A DNA stretch of 50,516 nucleotides from a virus. Taxonomy: Duplodnaviria; Caudoviricetes. This document shows positions 25,162-34,757 of this stretch, one piece after another; positions within the stretch are counted from its first letter, which is position 1, and the number at the start of each line of letters is the position of its first letter. Location: positions 1-50,516 of the IMG/VR virus record IMGVR_UViG_3300032132_000765; one strand, 5' to 3'. Below the pieces are notes generated by a model. It made no database searches. It was not told the origin of the DNA and saw only the letters and a program-made list of their open reading frames with translations. Both the position numbers and the translations under genes were made by a program.

Positions 25162-25476
25162 ATGACCGACAGCCATGAGGGCAGGACAGTGCATGAGCGA
25201 GTCGGCGCCCTGGAGCAAGAGGCTGCCGTCACTCGGCATCGCCTAGACAGATTCGACCGGGACCACGCGCAGTCACCCAACCGCCTGACCAAGCTCGAGC
25301 AGCAGTTCGAGCACATGACCCGCCAGCTCACTGCAATCGGAGAGAGCCAGGATGAGGTATCAGGGAAGGTGGACACGTTGAGCAACAAGCTCACCTATGG
25401 GATCGGTGCCGGTGTGGTGCTGGTAGCCGTTTTCGACAAGCTGTGGCCGTTCGTGGCCAAGGGTTTCGGCTCATGA
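25162..25476 (+). CDS. Coiled-coil protein with C-terminal TM helix (holin-associated)
   Basis: First late gene; TM YGIGAGVVLVAVF. Confidence 0.65.
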   Translation: MTDSHEGRTVHERVGALEQEAAVTRHRLDRFDRDHAQSPNRLTKLEQQFEHMTRQLTAIGESQDEVSGKVDTLSNKLTYGIGAGVVLVAVFDKLWPFVAKGFGS

Positions 25477-25688
25477 ACCTGATCCCCGAATGGCGCAAGT
25501 GCTGGCGTCTGACCAGTGTGCAGCTCGCCATTCTCACCGCAGTGCTCAACGCAGCAGCCGGTGCATGGGTAGCGTTCGAAGGCCACATCAGCCCAGTCGC
25601 ATGGGCCAGCGTGAACATGATCCTCGGCGTGGCAATGGCTATCGCTCGGGTGGTGTCGCAGCCGAAGGTGACTGGAGAGCAGCAATGA
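25473..25688 (+). CDS. Putative holin (2 TM)
   Basis: MNLIPEWRKCWRLTSVQ...ARVVSQPK with two TM helices. Confidence 0.65.
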   Translation: MNLIPEWRKCWRLTSVQLAILTAVLNAAAGAWVAFEGHISPVAWASVNMILGVAMAIARVVSQPKVTGEQQ

Positions 25689-25906
25689 AGCAGCAGCCTC
25701 CATGGATACACAGGTTCGATGACGGCCGCGGTGTCCGCAAGGTCTTCCTCGATGGGGAAGAGATCAAGATGGCTGTTTTCGCCGACCAGCAGCGCGGCAT
25801 TGTGGATCGCTATCGCCAGCCGCTCACTATCGACAAGCGCAGCCAGTCGTTGATCACTGAGCGCCTGCATGGCTGCGTGGAGGTTGTATGGCCAGAGTGC
25901 AGCTAG
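25685..25906 (+). CDS. Hypothetical protein
   Basis: Start MKQQPPW with GGAG and ATGA overlap. Confidence 0.65.
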   Translation: MKQQPPWIHRFDDGRGVRKVFLDGEEIKMAVFADQQRGIVDRYRQPLTIDKRSQSLITERLHGCVEVVWPECS

Positions 25907-26163
25907 TAGCCGTAGTCAAGATTCGCTGGTGGCTGCGCCTGTATCTCGTCGGAGTGGTTGCGGCCTCTCGCATCGCTGGACTTGACCCGGATTGGCAAAA
26001 GGTCAGTCAGTGGATTCGGCGCGGCACAGTGATTCGCTTCAAGGCGGCACAGTGAAACGCCTCCACGCCATCCTACTGCTACTCCGCATCGCCGCCTGTG
26101 TCGCTGTGATGATCGGGAAAGAGGTGTGGCTGGCAGCGAGAGCAGCGTGGAAAGAGAGCCGGA

Positions 26164-26898
26164 ATGATCACTATCAAGGCGCCCGACGCAAAGCTCGCCC
26201 AAGAGCAGCTCGATAAGTTCGCAAAGCAGATCCCGTTCGCCACTGCGCTGACCCTGACCAATGTGGCCAAGCTGGTACAGAAGGGCGAAGTCTCGGTGAT
26301 GACCAAGCGCTTCGACCGACCGACCAAGACCACGCTCAACAGCGTATTCGTAAAGCCCGCACTGAAGACCAGATTGCAATCCAAGGTTTGGCTCAAGGAT
26401 GCGTGGGCGTCTGGAATCCCTGCTGACAAGTATCTGCAGGCTCAGGTGTACGGCGGGACACGCTCACGCAAGCGCTTCGAGAAGGCGCTGATACGTAGAG
26501 GCCTGATGCGCCCTGACCAGTACGCCATGCCGAACAAGGCGTTCTTCGATCAGTACGGGAACATCAAAGGCCAGCTGGCCATGAAGATCCTGTCAGGCCT
26601 AGGGGCTGCAGAGTCGACTTCTGGATCACAGCACAACGCGAGCAACAGTAAGCGCAGTCTAAGGAAAGGCAACGCTGACCGTTACTTCGTTGGAGAGGTG
26701 GACGGTGAGGCTGGTGTGTGGGAGCGAAAGAAGATCGGGAGGGAGATAGGCGTTAGGCCTGTGTTTATCTTCACCGATGCAGCTCCCAGGTACAGGGTGC
26801 GAGTCCCGTTCTTCAAGATCGCAGACAACATCATCAAGGCGAACTTCGATAAGGAGTTCGTGAAGGCATTCGAGCGGGCTGTGTCGACTGCGAGGTGA
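26164..26898 (+). CDS. Basic phage protein, possibly tail-completion (gpZ/HK97 gp10-like)
   Basis: KQIPFATALTLTNVA N-terminal helix and FERAVSTAR end; 244 aa. Confidence 0.6.
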   Translation: MITIKAPDAKLAQEQLDKFAKQIPFATALTLTNVAKLVQKGEVSVMTKRFDRPTKTTLNSVFVKPALKTRLQSKVWLKDAWASGIPADKYLQAQVYGGTRSRKRFEKALIRRGLMRPDQYAMPNKAFFDQYGNIKGQLAMKILSGLGAAESTSGSQHNASNSKRSLRKGNADRYFVGEVDGEAGVWERKKIGREIGVRPVFIFTDAAPRYRVRVPFFKIADNIIKANFDKEFVKAFERAVSTAR

Positions 26899-26987
26899 TG
26901 CACCGATGTGGTGCGAAATTGTAAATCTATAAAATCTTATTTTTTTAAGAACGAAAACAGGTGGAGGGCTCTAGGCCCACCCCCATT

Positions 26988-27075
26988 GGGTCCTCCTGGG
27001 CACCCCGGGCCTTGCGGGTAATTCGCGCCCCGCCTTTTCGCTTCATACGAACTTTTTCCAGCTGGACCGCTTCCG
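26988..27075 (+). other. Lambda-like cos site (cosQ, cosN and start of cosB)
   Basis: GGGTCCT (cosQ) at 26988-26994, then a GC-rich cosN-like stretch, then TTTTCGC at 27035, at spacing close to lambda cos; directly upstream of terS. Confidence 0.72.
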
Positions 27076-27093
27076 GTTCCGGGACGAACACGC

Positions 27094-27624
27094 ATGGCCA
27101 CTCAAATCGAAGTCGCACAGCACCTCGATATCAGTGACCGGCAGGTGCGAAATCTACTGACAGATGGCGTTCTGCCTAGCTCTAAGGGCGCTGGCGGTTT
27201 GGATATTGACGCCTGTCGCTTGGCGTACATCAGGTATTTGCGCGGGATCGGGAATGGCCAAGTCCGACCGGAACCGCCAGCCGATGAAGACGGCGACGAC
27301 AAGGACACTGCCAAGCGCCTAGAGCAAGAACGCCTGCGACTGACTGCAGCCCAGGCCGAAGGGCAAGAACTGAAGAACGACATCACCAAACGGAAGTCGG
27401 TCCCTACCGAATTTGCCACCTTCGTGCTGTCGCGCCTGGCCGCTGAAATCGGGTCACTGCTCGACACGCTGCCGCTGACACTCAAACGCCGCCATCCAGA
27501 CCTAGAGGTCCGGCACATCGAATCGGTCCAGCGCGAGCTGGCCAAGGCACGCAACCGGGCGGCGACCCTAGATGACCGCCTGCCTGGATTGCTCAATGAA
27601 TATCTCGACACCGCAGATCAGTGA
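27094..27624 (+). CDS. Terminase small subunit (Nu1-like)
   Basis: N-terminal wHTH ATQIEVAQHLDISDRQV; ERLRLTAAQA coiled coil. Confidence 0.9.
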   Translation: MATQIEVAQHLDISDRQVRNLLTDGVLPSSKGAGGLDIDACRLAYIRYLRGIGNGQVRPEPPADEDGDDKDTAKRLEQERLRLTAAQAEGQELKNDITKRKSVPTEFATFVLSRLAAEIGSLLDTLPLTLKRRHPDLEVRHIESVQRELAKARNRAATLDDRLPGLLNEYLDTADQ

Positions 27625-29491
27625 GCTGGCCGGGGCCGTGCGCCTCGGTCTGGTTCCGTTGTCGCGCCCGGTGCCGATGACGCCCGTTGAATGGGCGGAT
27701 GAGAATTTCTATCTCTCCAGCGAGTCGTCCTATCAGGAAGGCCGCTGGGAGACGCTGCCGTTTCAGGTTGCCATCCTTAACGCGATGGGCAACGACGAGA
27801 TCCGCACCGTCAACGTGATCAAGTCGGCCCGTGTTGGCTACTCGAAGATGCTGCTCGCTGCGTCGGCCTACCAGATCGAGCACAAGCGCCGGAACATCCT
27901 GTTGCTGCTGCCGACCGATGGCGCCGCGGCCGGGTTCATGAAGGCCCACGTCGAGACGATGATCCGCGACGTGCCGAGCATCTACGCGCTTGCGCCTTGG
28001 TACGGCAAGAAGCACCGCGACAACACGCTGGACACCAAGCGCTTCAGCCACAGCAAGCAGCTCTGGTGCCTTGGCGGAGCCGCGGCGAAGAACTACCGCG
28101 AGAAGTCGGTCGACACCATCATCTATGACGAGCTGGCCGCATTCGAGCCGGACGTCGAGAAGGAAGGTAGTCCGACATTCCTTGGTGACAAGCGGATTGA
28201 GGGCTCGACCTTCCCGAAGTCCATCCGAGGCAGCACCCCAAAGATCAAAGGCACCTGCCAGATAGAGGCGGCGGCGAGCGAATCGCCCCACTTGTTCCGG
28301 CTGCATGTGCTGTGCCCTCACTGCCAGGCTGAGCAATTCCTGAAGTGGGGCGGCAAGGACTGCGCGTTCGGCATCAAGTGGGACGCAGGTAGCCCGGGCA
28401 ACGCCTGGTACGTCTGCGAACACAACGCCTGCATGGTCCAGCAGCACGAAATGCAGGAGCAGCATGCCAAGGGGCGCTGGATCTGCGAGAAAACCGGCAT
28501 CTGGACACGCGACGGGCTGGACTATTTCAGCGCCGACGGCGAGGTCATTCCGACGCCTGACTCAGTCACCTTCCACATCTGGACGGCATACAGCCCGTTC
28601 ACGACGTGGGGGCGCATCGTTCTGGACTTCTACAAGGCCAAGGACGACCGAAACAAGCTGAAAACCTTCGTCAACACCACCCTGGGCGAAACCTGGGAGG
28701 AGGACGAAGGCGAGAAGGTCGAATGGGAACACCTATATGCCCGCCGCGAGGTGTGGGAGGTGCTGCCCGAGCGCGCTGTGATCCTCGTCGGCTTCATCGA
28801 TACACAAGATGACCGCTACGAAGGTCGCGTGTGGGCTTACGGGCCTGGCGAGGAGTCCTGGCTTGTTGACCGCTGGATTCTCAATGGTGACCCGGCCAGT
28901 GAGGAGCTACGCCGCAAGGTTGGACTCCGGCTGCATGACACCTACCGGCGCGCCGACGGCAACGTCCTCCGCGTCGCGCTGTGGGGCTGGGACTCCGGCG
29001 GGCACTACACCGATGAGGTGTACGCCGAAAGCCGCAAGCACGGCATCATGTGGGTCATCCCGACCAAGGGCCACAGCATCTACGGCAAGCCGATTGCGGA
29101 CTTCCCGAAGACGAAACACAAGTCAGGCACCTACCTGACCATGATCGGCACCGACAACGCCAAAGAAACGATCTACAGCCGCCTGCGCATACAGCCGCAG
29201 CCCGGCGCCGCGGTTCCAGGCTGCATCCACCTGCCGGCAAACGACGAGATCTGCGACGAGGACGAGCTGAAGCAGCTCACCGCCGAGCGCAAGGTGATGA
29301 AAGTCGTCAAGGGTAAGCGAATGCACATGTGGGACGCGAAAGGCCGGCGCAACGAAGCGCTGGACTGCTGCGTCGGCGCCCTGGCCATGCTTCGCGTGGC
29401 TCAACAGCGCTTCGGCGTCGATCTATCCATAACCCATCAGCCAACCCAGCGGGCCAGACCGACTCGCGGGGTTCGCAGCACAGTCAACTGA
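27596..29491 (+). CDS. Terminase large subunit (lambda gpA family)
   Basis: KSARVGYSKM Walker A, IIYDE, GSTP, CPHC, RNEALDC. Confidence 0.97.
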   Translation: MNISTPQISELAGAVRLGLVPLSRPVPMTPVEWADENFYLSSESSYQEGRWETLPFQVAILNAMGNDEIRTVNVIKSARVGYSKMLLAASAYQIEHKRRNILLLLPTDGAAAGFMKAHVETMIRDVPSIYALAPWYGKKHRDNTLDTKRFSHSKQLWCLGGAAAKNYREKSVDTIIYDELAAFEPDVEKEGSPTFLGDKRIEGSTFPKSIRGSTPKIKGTCQIEAAASESPHLFRLHVLCPHCQAEQFLKWGGKDCAFGIKWDAGSPGNAWYVCEHNACMVQQHEMQEQHAKGRWICEKTGIWTRDGLDYFSADGEVIPTPDSVTFHIWTAYSPFTTWGRIVLDFYKAKDDRNKLKTFVNTTLGETWEEDEGEKVEWEHLYARREVWEVLPERAVILVGFIDTQDDRYEGRVWAYGPGEESWLVDRWILNGDPASEELRRKVGLRLHDTYRRADGNVLRVALWGWDSGGHYTDEVYAESRKHGIMWVIPTKGHSIYGKPIADFPKTKHKSGTYLTMIGTDNAKETIYSRLRIQPQPGAAVPGCIHLPANDEICDEDELKQLTAERKVMKVVKGKRMHMWDAKGRRNEALDCCVGALAMLRVAQQRFGVDLSITHQPTQRARPTRGVRSTVN

Positions 29492-29499
29492 GGCCCAAC

Positions 29500-29700
29500 A
29501 TGACCGAAGCCGAAAAGCGGCTCGCAGAAGTGCGGGCCGCGATCAGCCGCATCCTGAACAACGGCCAAATGGTTCGAAAGGGTGACCGCTCGGTGCAGTA
29601 CGCCGAACTGTCTGCCCTGCAGAAGCAGGAAGCCCAGCTGCAGCAGCAAATCAACGCCGCCAAGCGCGGACGCAATCGCATCTCCTACATGAGCATCTGA
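29500..29700 (+). CDS. Head-completion protein (gpW-like)
   Basis: Small gene between terL and portal; GDRSVQYAEL. Confidence 0.75.
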   Translation: MTEAEKRLAEVRAAISRILNNGQMVRKGDRSVQYAELSALQKQEAQLQQQINAAKRGRNRISYMSI

Positions 29701-29702
29701 CC

Positions 29703-31286
29703 ATGGGCATTTTCACGAAATCGCCCGAAGAGAAGCTGCTCGCGCAGGCGGTCAAGCTGGCGACCCAGCAGGGCAAGGCGATGGTGCAGGGTGGCGGCGG
29801 CGGCGTGGAAACGCGCTGGCGTGGTGCATCCCGCGTACTGCGCAGCATGTCGAGCTGGATCCCGGCGCTAGGCAGTCCGCGACGCGACTTGTCATCGCCG
29901 GAGCGCAAGACGCTGGTTGCCCGTTCACGTGATGCGATGCGCAACCACCTGATTGCTCGTGCTGCTGTTGTGCGCAACCGGACCAGCGTTGTCGGGACTG
30001 GGCTTATCTGCCGGCCGCAAGTCGATTGGGAAGCGCTGGGCATTACCGAAGAGGCTGGCGAGCAGCTGAATGCCGCGCTTGAGCGTGAGTGGACGCTGTA
30101 CGCAGAGAACCCGCTGGAGTGCGACGCCGAGGCGACGCTGAATCACTACCAGCTTCAGGCGCTGGCCCTGGTGTCTGCGCTGACTGGCGGCGACTGCTTT
30201 GCGACCACGCCGGACATTGATCGGCCGGGCACCGTCTACAGCACTCGCTTGCAGCTGATCGAAACCGACCGGGTGACCAACCCGAACAACAGCTCCGACA
30301 CGGCAACGCTGATCGAAGGCGTCGAGATCGACGAATACGGTGCACCGGTAGCCTTTCACATCTGCAACGGCTACCCGAACGACCCTGTTCCTGGTCAGCG
30401 GCTTGAGTGGACCAGAGTCGAAGCCTTCGGCTCGCAAACAGGCCGTCGTCGTGTGCTGCAAATCTGGTGCGACAAGGACCGCCCCGGCCTGAAGCGCGGC
30501 GCGCCGTACCTGGCGCCAGTTCTTGAGCCTCTGCAGAAGCTTGAGCGCTACGCTAGCGCCGAGCTGATGGCAGCGATCATCTCCGCGATGTTCACCGTGT
30601 TCCTGAAGAAGGGCGAGGCGTTCGACAATAACGGCCTTGGCCTGTCGGCTCTGACCGATGGAGAAAGTACAGCGATCGATCAGCCGCCTGTCCAGTTGGG
30701 CGAGGGCGCCGTCGTGGACCTGGCGCCCGGCGAAGAGCCGATGATCGCCAACCCAGCCCGGCCGAATGCGCAGTTTGACCCGTTCTTCACCAGCGTCGTT
30801 AAAGAGATCGGCGCCGCGCTGGAGTTGCCAATGGAAGAGCTGATGCTCTACTACAGCAGCTCATACAGCGCAGCCCGTGCCGCCATGCTCCAAGCCTGGC
30901 GCGCATTCAACATGCGCCGCTGGTGGCTGGTGTGCGACTTCTGTCAGCCGTCCTACGAACTGCTTGTCGATGAGGCAGTCGCCCGCGGCAGGATCAAGGC
31001 GCCTGGCTACAGCGACCCGGCACGGCGTCGGGCCTATACCAGAGCCATCTGGATCGGGCCGGCCAAAGGCGCAATCGACGAGCTGAAGGAAGCCAAGGCG
31101 GCCCGCGAGCGGATCGACATCGGCGTCAGCAACGAAACCATCGAAGCGGCGGCCATGACCGGTGAGAACTGGCAGCAGATCTACCGTCAGCGCAAGCGCG
31201 AGATGGATCAGCGCAAGGCTGACGGCATGGTGCCGCAGGCAAACGGTGGCGCGCCGATGCCACTACCCGAAGAGGAAATCCCATGA
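29703..31286 (+). CDS. Portal protein (lambda family)
   Basis: ARSRDAMRN, GVEIDEYGAPVAFH, SSYSAARA, IDELKE. Confidence 0.95.
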   Translation: MGIFTKSPEEKLLAQAVKLATQQGKAMVQGGGGGVETRWRGASRVLRSMSSWIPALGSPRRDLSSPERKTLVARSRDAMRNHLIARAAVVRNRTSVVGTGLICRPQVDWEALGITEEAGEQLNAALEREWTLYAENPLECDAEATLNHYQLQALALVSALTGGDCFATTPDIDRPGTVYSTRLQLIETDRVTNPNNSSDTATLIEGVEIDEYGAPVAFHICNGYPNDPVPGQRLEWTRVEAFGSQTGRRRVLQIWCDKDRPGLKRGAPYLAPVLEPLQKLERYASAELMAAIISAMFTVFLKKGEAFDNNGLGLSALTDGESTAIDQPPVQLGEGAVVDLAPGEEPMIANPARPNAQFDPFFTSVVKEIGAALELPMEELMLYYSSSYSAARAAMLQAWRAFNMRRWWLVCDFCQPSYELLVDEAVARGRIKAPGYSDPARRRAYTRAIWIGPAKGAIDELKEAKAARERIDIGVSNETIEAAAMTGENWQQIYRQRKREMDQRKADGMVPQANGGAPMPLPEEEIP

Positions 31287-32518
31287 TCAAGGCTTTCGAG
31301 CTGGCGGCCGAGCGCCCCTGGCTGATCACTGAGTCGGCGCTTGATCAGCTGATGGCCATCGCTGACCGCATGGGCGACCCCGAGGCGCTGGAAACGCGCC
31401 TTGGCCGCCCGCTGGACAACAGCCAGTCTGCAGTCGTGCGTGATGGCGTCGCGATCATCCCGGTCACCGGCCCGATCTTCCGCTACGCGAACATGTTCAC
31501 CCGCATCAGTGGCGCGACCAGTACCCAGGTGCTGGCCACCGACATTCAGGCGGCGCTGGATAACCCGCAGGTCCGAGGCATCGTGCTAAACGTCGACTCG
31601 CCTGGCGGGGAGGCCAACGGCATCAACGAGCTGTCCGACCTGATCTACGCTGCCCGTAGCAAAAAGCCGATCAAGGCCTACGTCGGCGGCATGGCTGCCA
31701 GCGGCGGCTACTGGATCGCCAGCGCGGCCAGTGAAGTGATCATCGATGACACTGGTATGGCCGGCAGCATCGGCGCCGTGGTCGAGATCAAGCTGGGCGA
31801 CGACAAGGAAAGCGGCAAGCGCTACCAGATCGTCAGCCGAAACGCACCGAACAAGCGGCCCGACCTGTCCACCGAGGGTGGGCGCGCCAAGATCGCCGAA
31901 ACAATCGACGCCCTGGGGGATGTGTTCGCCGCGAAGGTGGCACGCAACCTGGGCGTTGATCCTGAAGACGTGCCGGCCATGGGCGACCATGGCGGCATCA
32001 AGATGGGCGCCGCCGCCGTCGAGGCGGGTCTGGCCCACCGATTGGGCTCGCTTGAGTCCGTGATCGCTGACCTGGCCCGCCCGGCAGCAAACCAACAGAG
32101 GAAACCCTCCATGCAGGTTAAAACCACTGCGGAGCTGCGTGCTGCCATCGAGGCCGGCACCGACCCGCTTACCATCGAGATCGCCGAGCCGGTCATGTCC
32201 GAACCTGTCGACGTAGACGCCATCAAGGCTGAAGCGTCTCAGGCCGCAGTGACCGCCGAGCGTGAGCGCATCAAGGGCATCAACGCCCTGGCTGCAGTCG
32301 GCTTCGAAGAGGAAGTGCAGACTGCTATCGACACCGGCCTGAGCGTCGAGGCCACTGCGCTGAGCCTATACAAGGCATCGCAGGACCGCGGCGTAACGCT
32401 TGGTGCGATCAAGAGCGACGCCAAGTCCGCTGCAGCTGCCAGTCCGAAGGGCGGCGCCGAAAAACCCACCATCTCCGCAAAATCCATCTGGGCACAACGC
32501 CAAGGCCGAGGAGCGTAA
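31283..32518 (+). CDS. S49-family prohead protease with C-terminal scaffold
   Basis: DSPGG, ASGGYWIAS, GSIG. Confidence 0.93.
   Translation: MIKAFELAAERPWLITESALDQLMAIADRMGDPEALETRLGRPLDNSQSAVVRDGVAIIPVTGPIFRYANMFTRISGATSTQVLATDIQAALDNPQVRGIVLNVDSPGGEANGINELSDLIYAARSKKPIKAYVGGMAASGGYWIASAASEVIIDDTGMAGSIGAVVEIKLGDDKESGKRYQIVSRNAPNKRPDLSTEGGRAKIAETIDALGDVFAAKVARNLGVDPEDVPAMGDHGGIKMGAAAVEAGLAHRLGSLESVIADLARPAANQQRKPSMQVKTTAELRAAIEAGTDPLTIEIAEPVMSEPVDVDAIKAEASQAAVTAERERIKGINALAAVGFEEEVQTAIDTGLSVEATALSLYKASQDRGVTLGAIKSDAKSAAAASPKGGAEKPTISAKSIWAQRQGRGA
32111..32518 (+). CDS. Nested scaffold protein (Nu3-like), internal in-frame start
   Basis: AGAGGAAACCCTCC-ATG in frame with the protease, as in lambda C/Nu3. 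Confidence 0.6.
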   Translation: MQVKTTAELRAAIEAGTDPLTIEIAEPVMSEPVDVDAIKAEASQAAVTAERERIKGINALAAVGFEEEVQTAIDTGLSVEATALSLYKASQDRGVTLGAIKSDAKSAAAASPKGGAEKPTISAKSIWAQRQGRGA

Positions 32519-32521
32519 AAA

Positions 32522-32875
32522 ATGAGCTACGAAAAAGTAACCATGGGCGCCCGCGTCGGCGAATTCCTGCTGAGCGAGGCCAGTGGCGAGCGCTCCCGTG
32601 AAGAAGTCACCCTGGCCGCAACCACCGTTGCGCTGTCGGCCGGCACCGTTCTGGGCAAGGTCACCGCGACTGGCCACTACGCGCCGTACGATGGCGAGGC
32701 AACCAACGGCACCGAGACTGCTGCCGCGATTCTCTACGGCAACAAGCCGGTGTCCACCGAAGTGCAGCCAGCCGCTGTCGTCGTACGTGATGCCGAAGTC
32801 GTCGGCGAACTGCTGGTCGGCTCCGACGCCGCCGCCGAAGTCGAACTGCTCGCCCAGGGCATCGTCGTCCGCTAA
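32522..32875 (+). CDS. Head decoration protein (gpD-like)
   Basis: SREEVTL...AGTVLGKVTATG...AILY...RDAEV. Confidence 0.9.
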   Translation: MSYEKVTMGARVGEFLLSEASGERSREEVTLAATTVALSAGTVLGKVTATGHYAPYDGEATNGTETAAAILYGNKPVSTEVQPAAVVVRDAEVVGELLVGSDAAAEVELLAQGIVVR

Positions 32876-32893
32876 CCCAACCCCTGCTTTCCG

Positions 32894-32920
32894 AAGCCGC
32901 CCGAGAGGCGGTTTTTTCGT
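32894..32920 (+). terminator. Terminator-like hairpin
   Basis: AAGCCGCC-CGAGA-GGCGGTTTTTT. Confidence 0.65.
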
Positions 32921-32935
32921 TTCTGGAGAACGAAC

Positions 32936-33940
32936 ATGCCCGATTTGAACGTATTCGAAGGCGATGCCTTTTCGACCATCAGCCTGACCAAGGCCATCAA
33001 CACAGCGCCGGACGGCCAGAAAGTGCCGACCCTGATCGATTCCCTCTTCGAAGAAGAAGGCATCAGCACCACGGCTGTGTACATCGAGCGCGACAACGAC
33101 AGCCTGTCCCTGGTCCCGGCCAAGGATCGCGGCGCGCCGGCTGACGTAACCGTCGGCAGCAAGCGCGACAAGATTCCGTTCCAGACTTTCCACCTGCCGA
33201 CCCGCGGCAAGATCCTGGCTGACGAGGTGCAGAACATCCGCGCTTTCGGCTCGGAAACCGAGATGGAAAGCGTCGAAGCCATGGTGCAGAAGCACCTGAT
33301 GAAGATGCGTAACCGCATCGACGCTACTATCCGCTTCCAGCGCGCTGGCGCAATCACCGGCAAGATCTACGACGCCGACGGCACCAAGGTGCTGCTGGAC
33401 CTGCATGACCGCTTCGGCATCACGCAGAAGACCCAGGCCATGGCTCTCGGCACTGACACCACCAAGGTGCTGCAGAAGGTCACCGACGCCAAGCGCAAGT
33501 CCGAGGACAACATCGGCGACAGCGGCGTGATTACTGGCTGGATGGCCATCTGCGGTCGCGGCTTTTTCGATGCCTTTACCAACCACCCGGTTGTGGAAAA
33601 GGCGTTCGACCGCTTCAACGACGGCCAATTCCTGCGCGACGACAAGCGCATGTCCGGCTTCAGCTTCGGCGGCGTGATGTGGCAGGAGTTCTACGGCAAG
33701 GTCGGCAACATCGAGTTCGTCGGCGCGAATGAGGCCTACCTGGTTCCGCTGGGCGTCGATGGCCTGTTCGTCACCAACTTCGCCCCGGCTGACTACATGG
33801 AGACCGTCAACACCAACGGCCTGCCGTACTACGCCAGCCAGGAACTGCTGCCGCACAACAAGGGCGTTGACCTGGAAGCGCAGTCCAACCCGCTCAGCCT
33901 GTGCACCCGCCCGGGCGCAATCATCAAGCTGACCATCTGA
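32936..33940 (+). CDS. Major capsid protein (lambda gpE family)
   Basis: FSTISLTKAIN, DEVQNIRAFG, FAPADYMETVNT, AQSNPLSLCTRP. Confidence 0.95.
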   Translation: MPDLNVFEGDAFSTISLTKAINTAPDGQKVPTLIDSLFEEEGISTTAVYIERDNDSLSLVPAKDRGAPADVTVGSKRDKIPFQTFHLPTRGKILADEVQNIRAFGSETEMESVEAMVQKHLMKMRNRIDATIRFQRAGAITGKIYDADGTKVLLDLHDRFGITQKTQAMALGTDTTKVLQKVTDAKRKSEDNIGDSGVITGWMAICGRGFFDAFTNHPVVEKAFDRFNDGQFLRDDKRMSGFSFGGVMWQEFYGKVGNIEFVGANEAYLVPLGVDGLFVTNFAPADYMETVNTNGLPYYASQELLPHNKGVDLEAQSNPLSLCTRPGAIIKLTI

Positions 33941-34245
33941 TGTTTGGCGCCGACATTGACAGCGCTGTCATGGCGGCGCTGAACGATGGCTGCGGTGACT
34001 ACTTCGACGCCGCGGGGCAACTCGCGGCGCGGGGTATTCCGCTGATCGTGGATCACAACCTGGTGCAGAACGGCCCTGATGGGCTGTTTGTCAGCGACAT
34101 GACCGGCATCACCTTCAGCAAGGCAGACCTGTGCAAGGTAAGCCGGGGCGGCGTGTTCGTCTTCGGCAAGCGGCGCTATCTGGTCGAAGAGCCGGTTTCT
34201 GACGACGGCCAGATGTGCACGATGGCCTGCATGGAGTCCCGATGA
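33940..34245 (+). CDS. Head-tail joining protein (FII-like)
   Basis: Position and size; ends YLVEEPVSDDG. Confidence 0.65.
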   Translation: MFGADIDSAVMAALNDGCGDYFDAAGQLAARGIPLIVDHNLVQNGPDGLFVSDMTGITFSKADLCKVSRGGVFVFGKRRYLVEEPVSDDGQMCTMACMESR

Positions 34246-34697
34246 ACATTCTCACCGAAGCGCGTCTGGCTCTTGTGGCCAGGCTGCAGACGATCACGGT
34301 TGCCAATGGCTACCGGACGAATGCGGGGCAGAACGTGAAAACGGGCTGGTTCAGCGAGGTGCTGGAGTCGGACTCGACGACATTCCCGCTGATCTGCTTG
34401 CAGAAGGCGAAAGGCGGAGATCCGGTCGAAGGGCCTGGCGTTATCCAGATGGCTCCCGGCTTCTACGTTATTGGCGCAGTCGATGCCGGCCTGGACGACT
34501 ACGACGACGCGCTGGAAGACATCGAGCTTGACCTGATCCGCTGCCTAATCACGCCGAAGGGGCCACCAATCGAGTGGATGCCGCGCGGAACAACTGCCGT
34601 TTCCCTTTCCACGTCTGAGCACTTCCCGCCCGGCAACGGCGAAAGGGCGTCGAGCGTGATGCTCCCGATACAGCTGGCACTGAACATCCGGCCATAG
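34242..34697 (+). CDS. Tail terminator protein (gpU-like)
   Basis: RLQTITVANGYRTNAG; precedes the tail tube gene. Confidence 0.7.
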   Translation: MNILTEARLALVARLQTITVANGYRTNAGQNVKTGWFSEVLESDSTTFPLICLQKAKGGDPVEGPGVIQMAPGFYVIGAVDAGLDDYDDALEDIELDLIRCLITPKGPPIEWMPRGTTAVSLSTSEHFPPGNGERASSVMLPIQLALNIRP

Positions 34698-34713
34698 CGC
34701 CAAACCCAACATC

Positions 34714-34740
34714 AAGCCCGCCATGAGCGGGTTTTTTTTC
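34714..34740 (+). terminator. Terminator-like hairpin
   Basis: AAGCCCGC-CATGA-GCGGGTTTTTTTT. Confidence 0.7.
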
Positions 34741-34757
34741 ACCCGGAGAAAACTCGC

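Noticed and set aside
25992..26216. Small hydrophobic ORF before the 244-aa gene
   Set aside because: No clear RBS and a 53-bp overlap with the next gene; left uncalled
27593..28465. 290-aa minus-strand ORF
   Set aside because: Antisense shadow of the terminase large subunit
32366..33856. 496-aa minus-strand ORF
   Set aside because: Antisense shadow of the decoration and capsid genes, expected from GC-rich codon bias; no recognisable motifs
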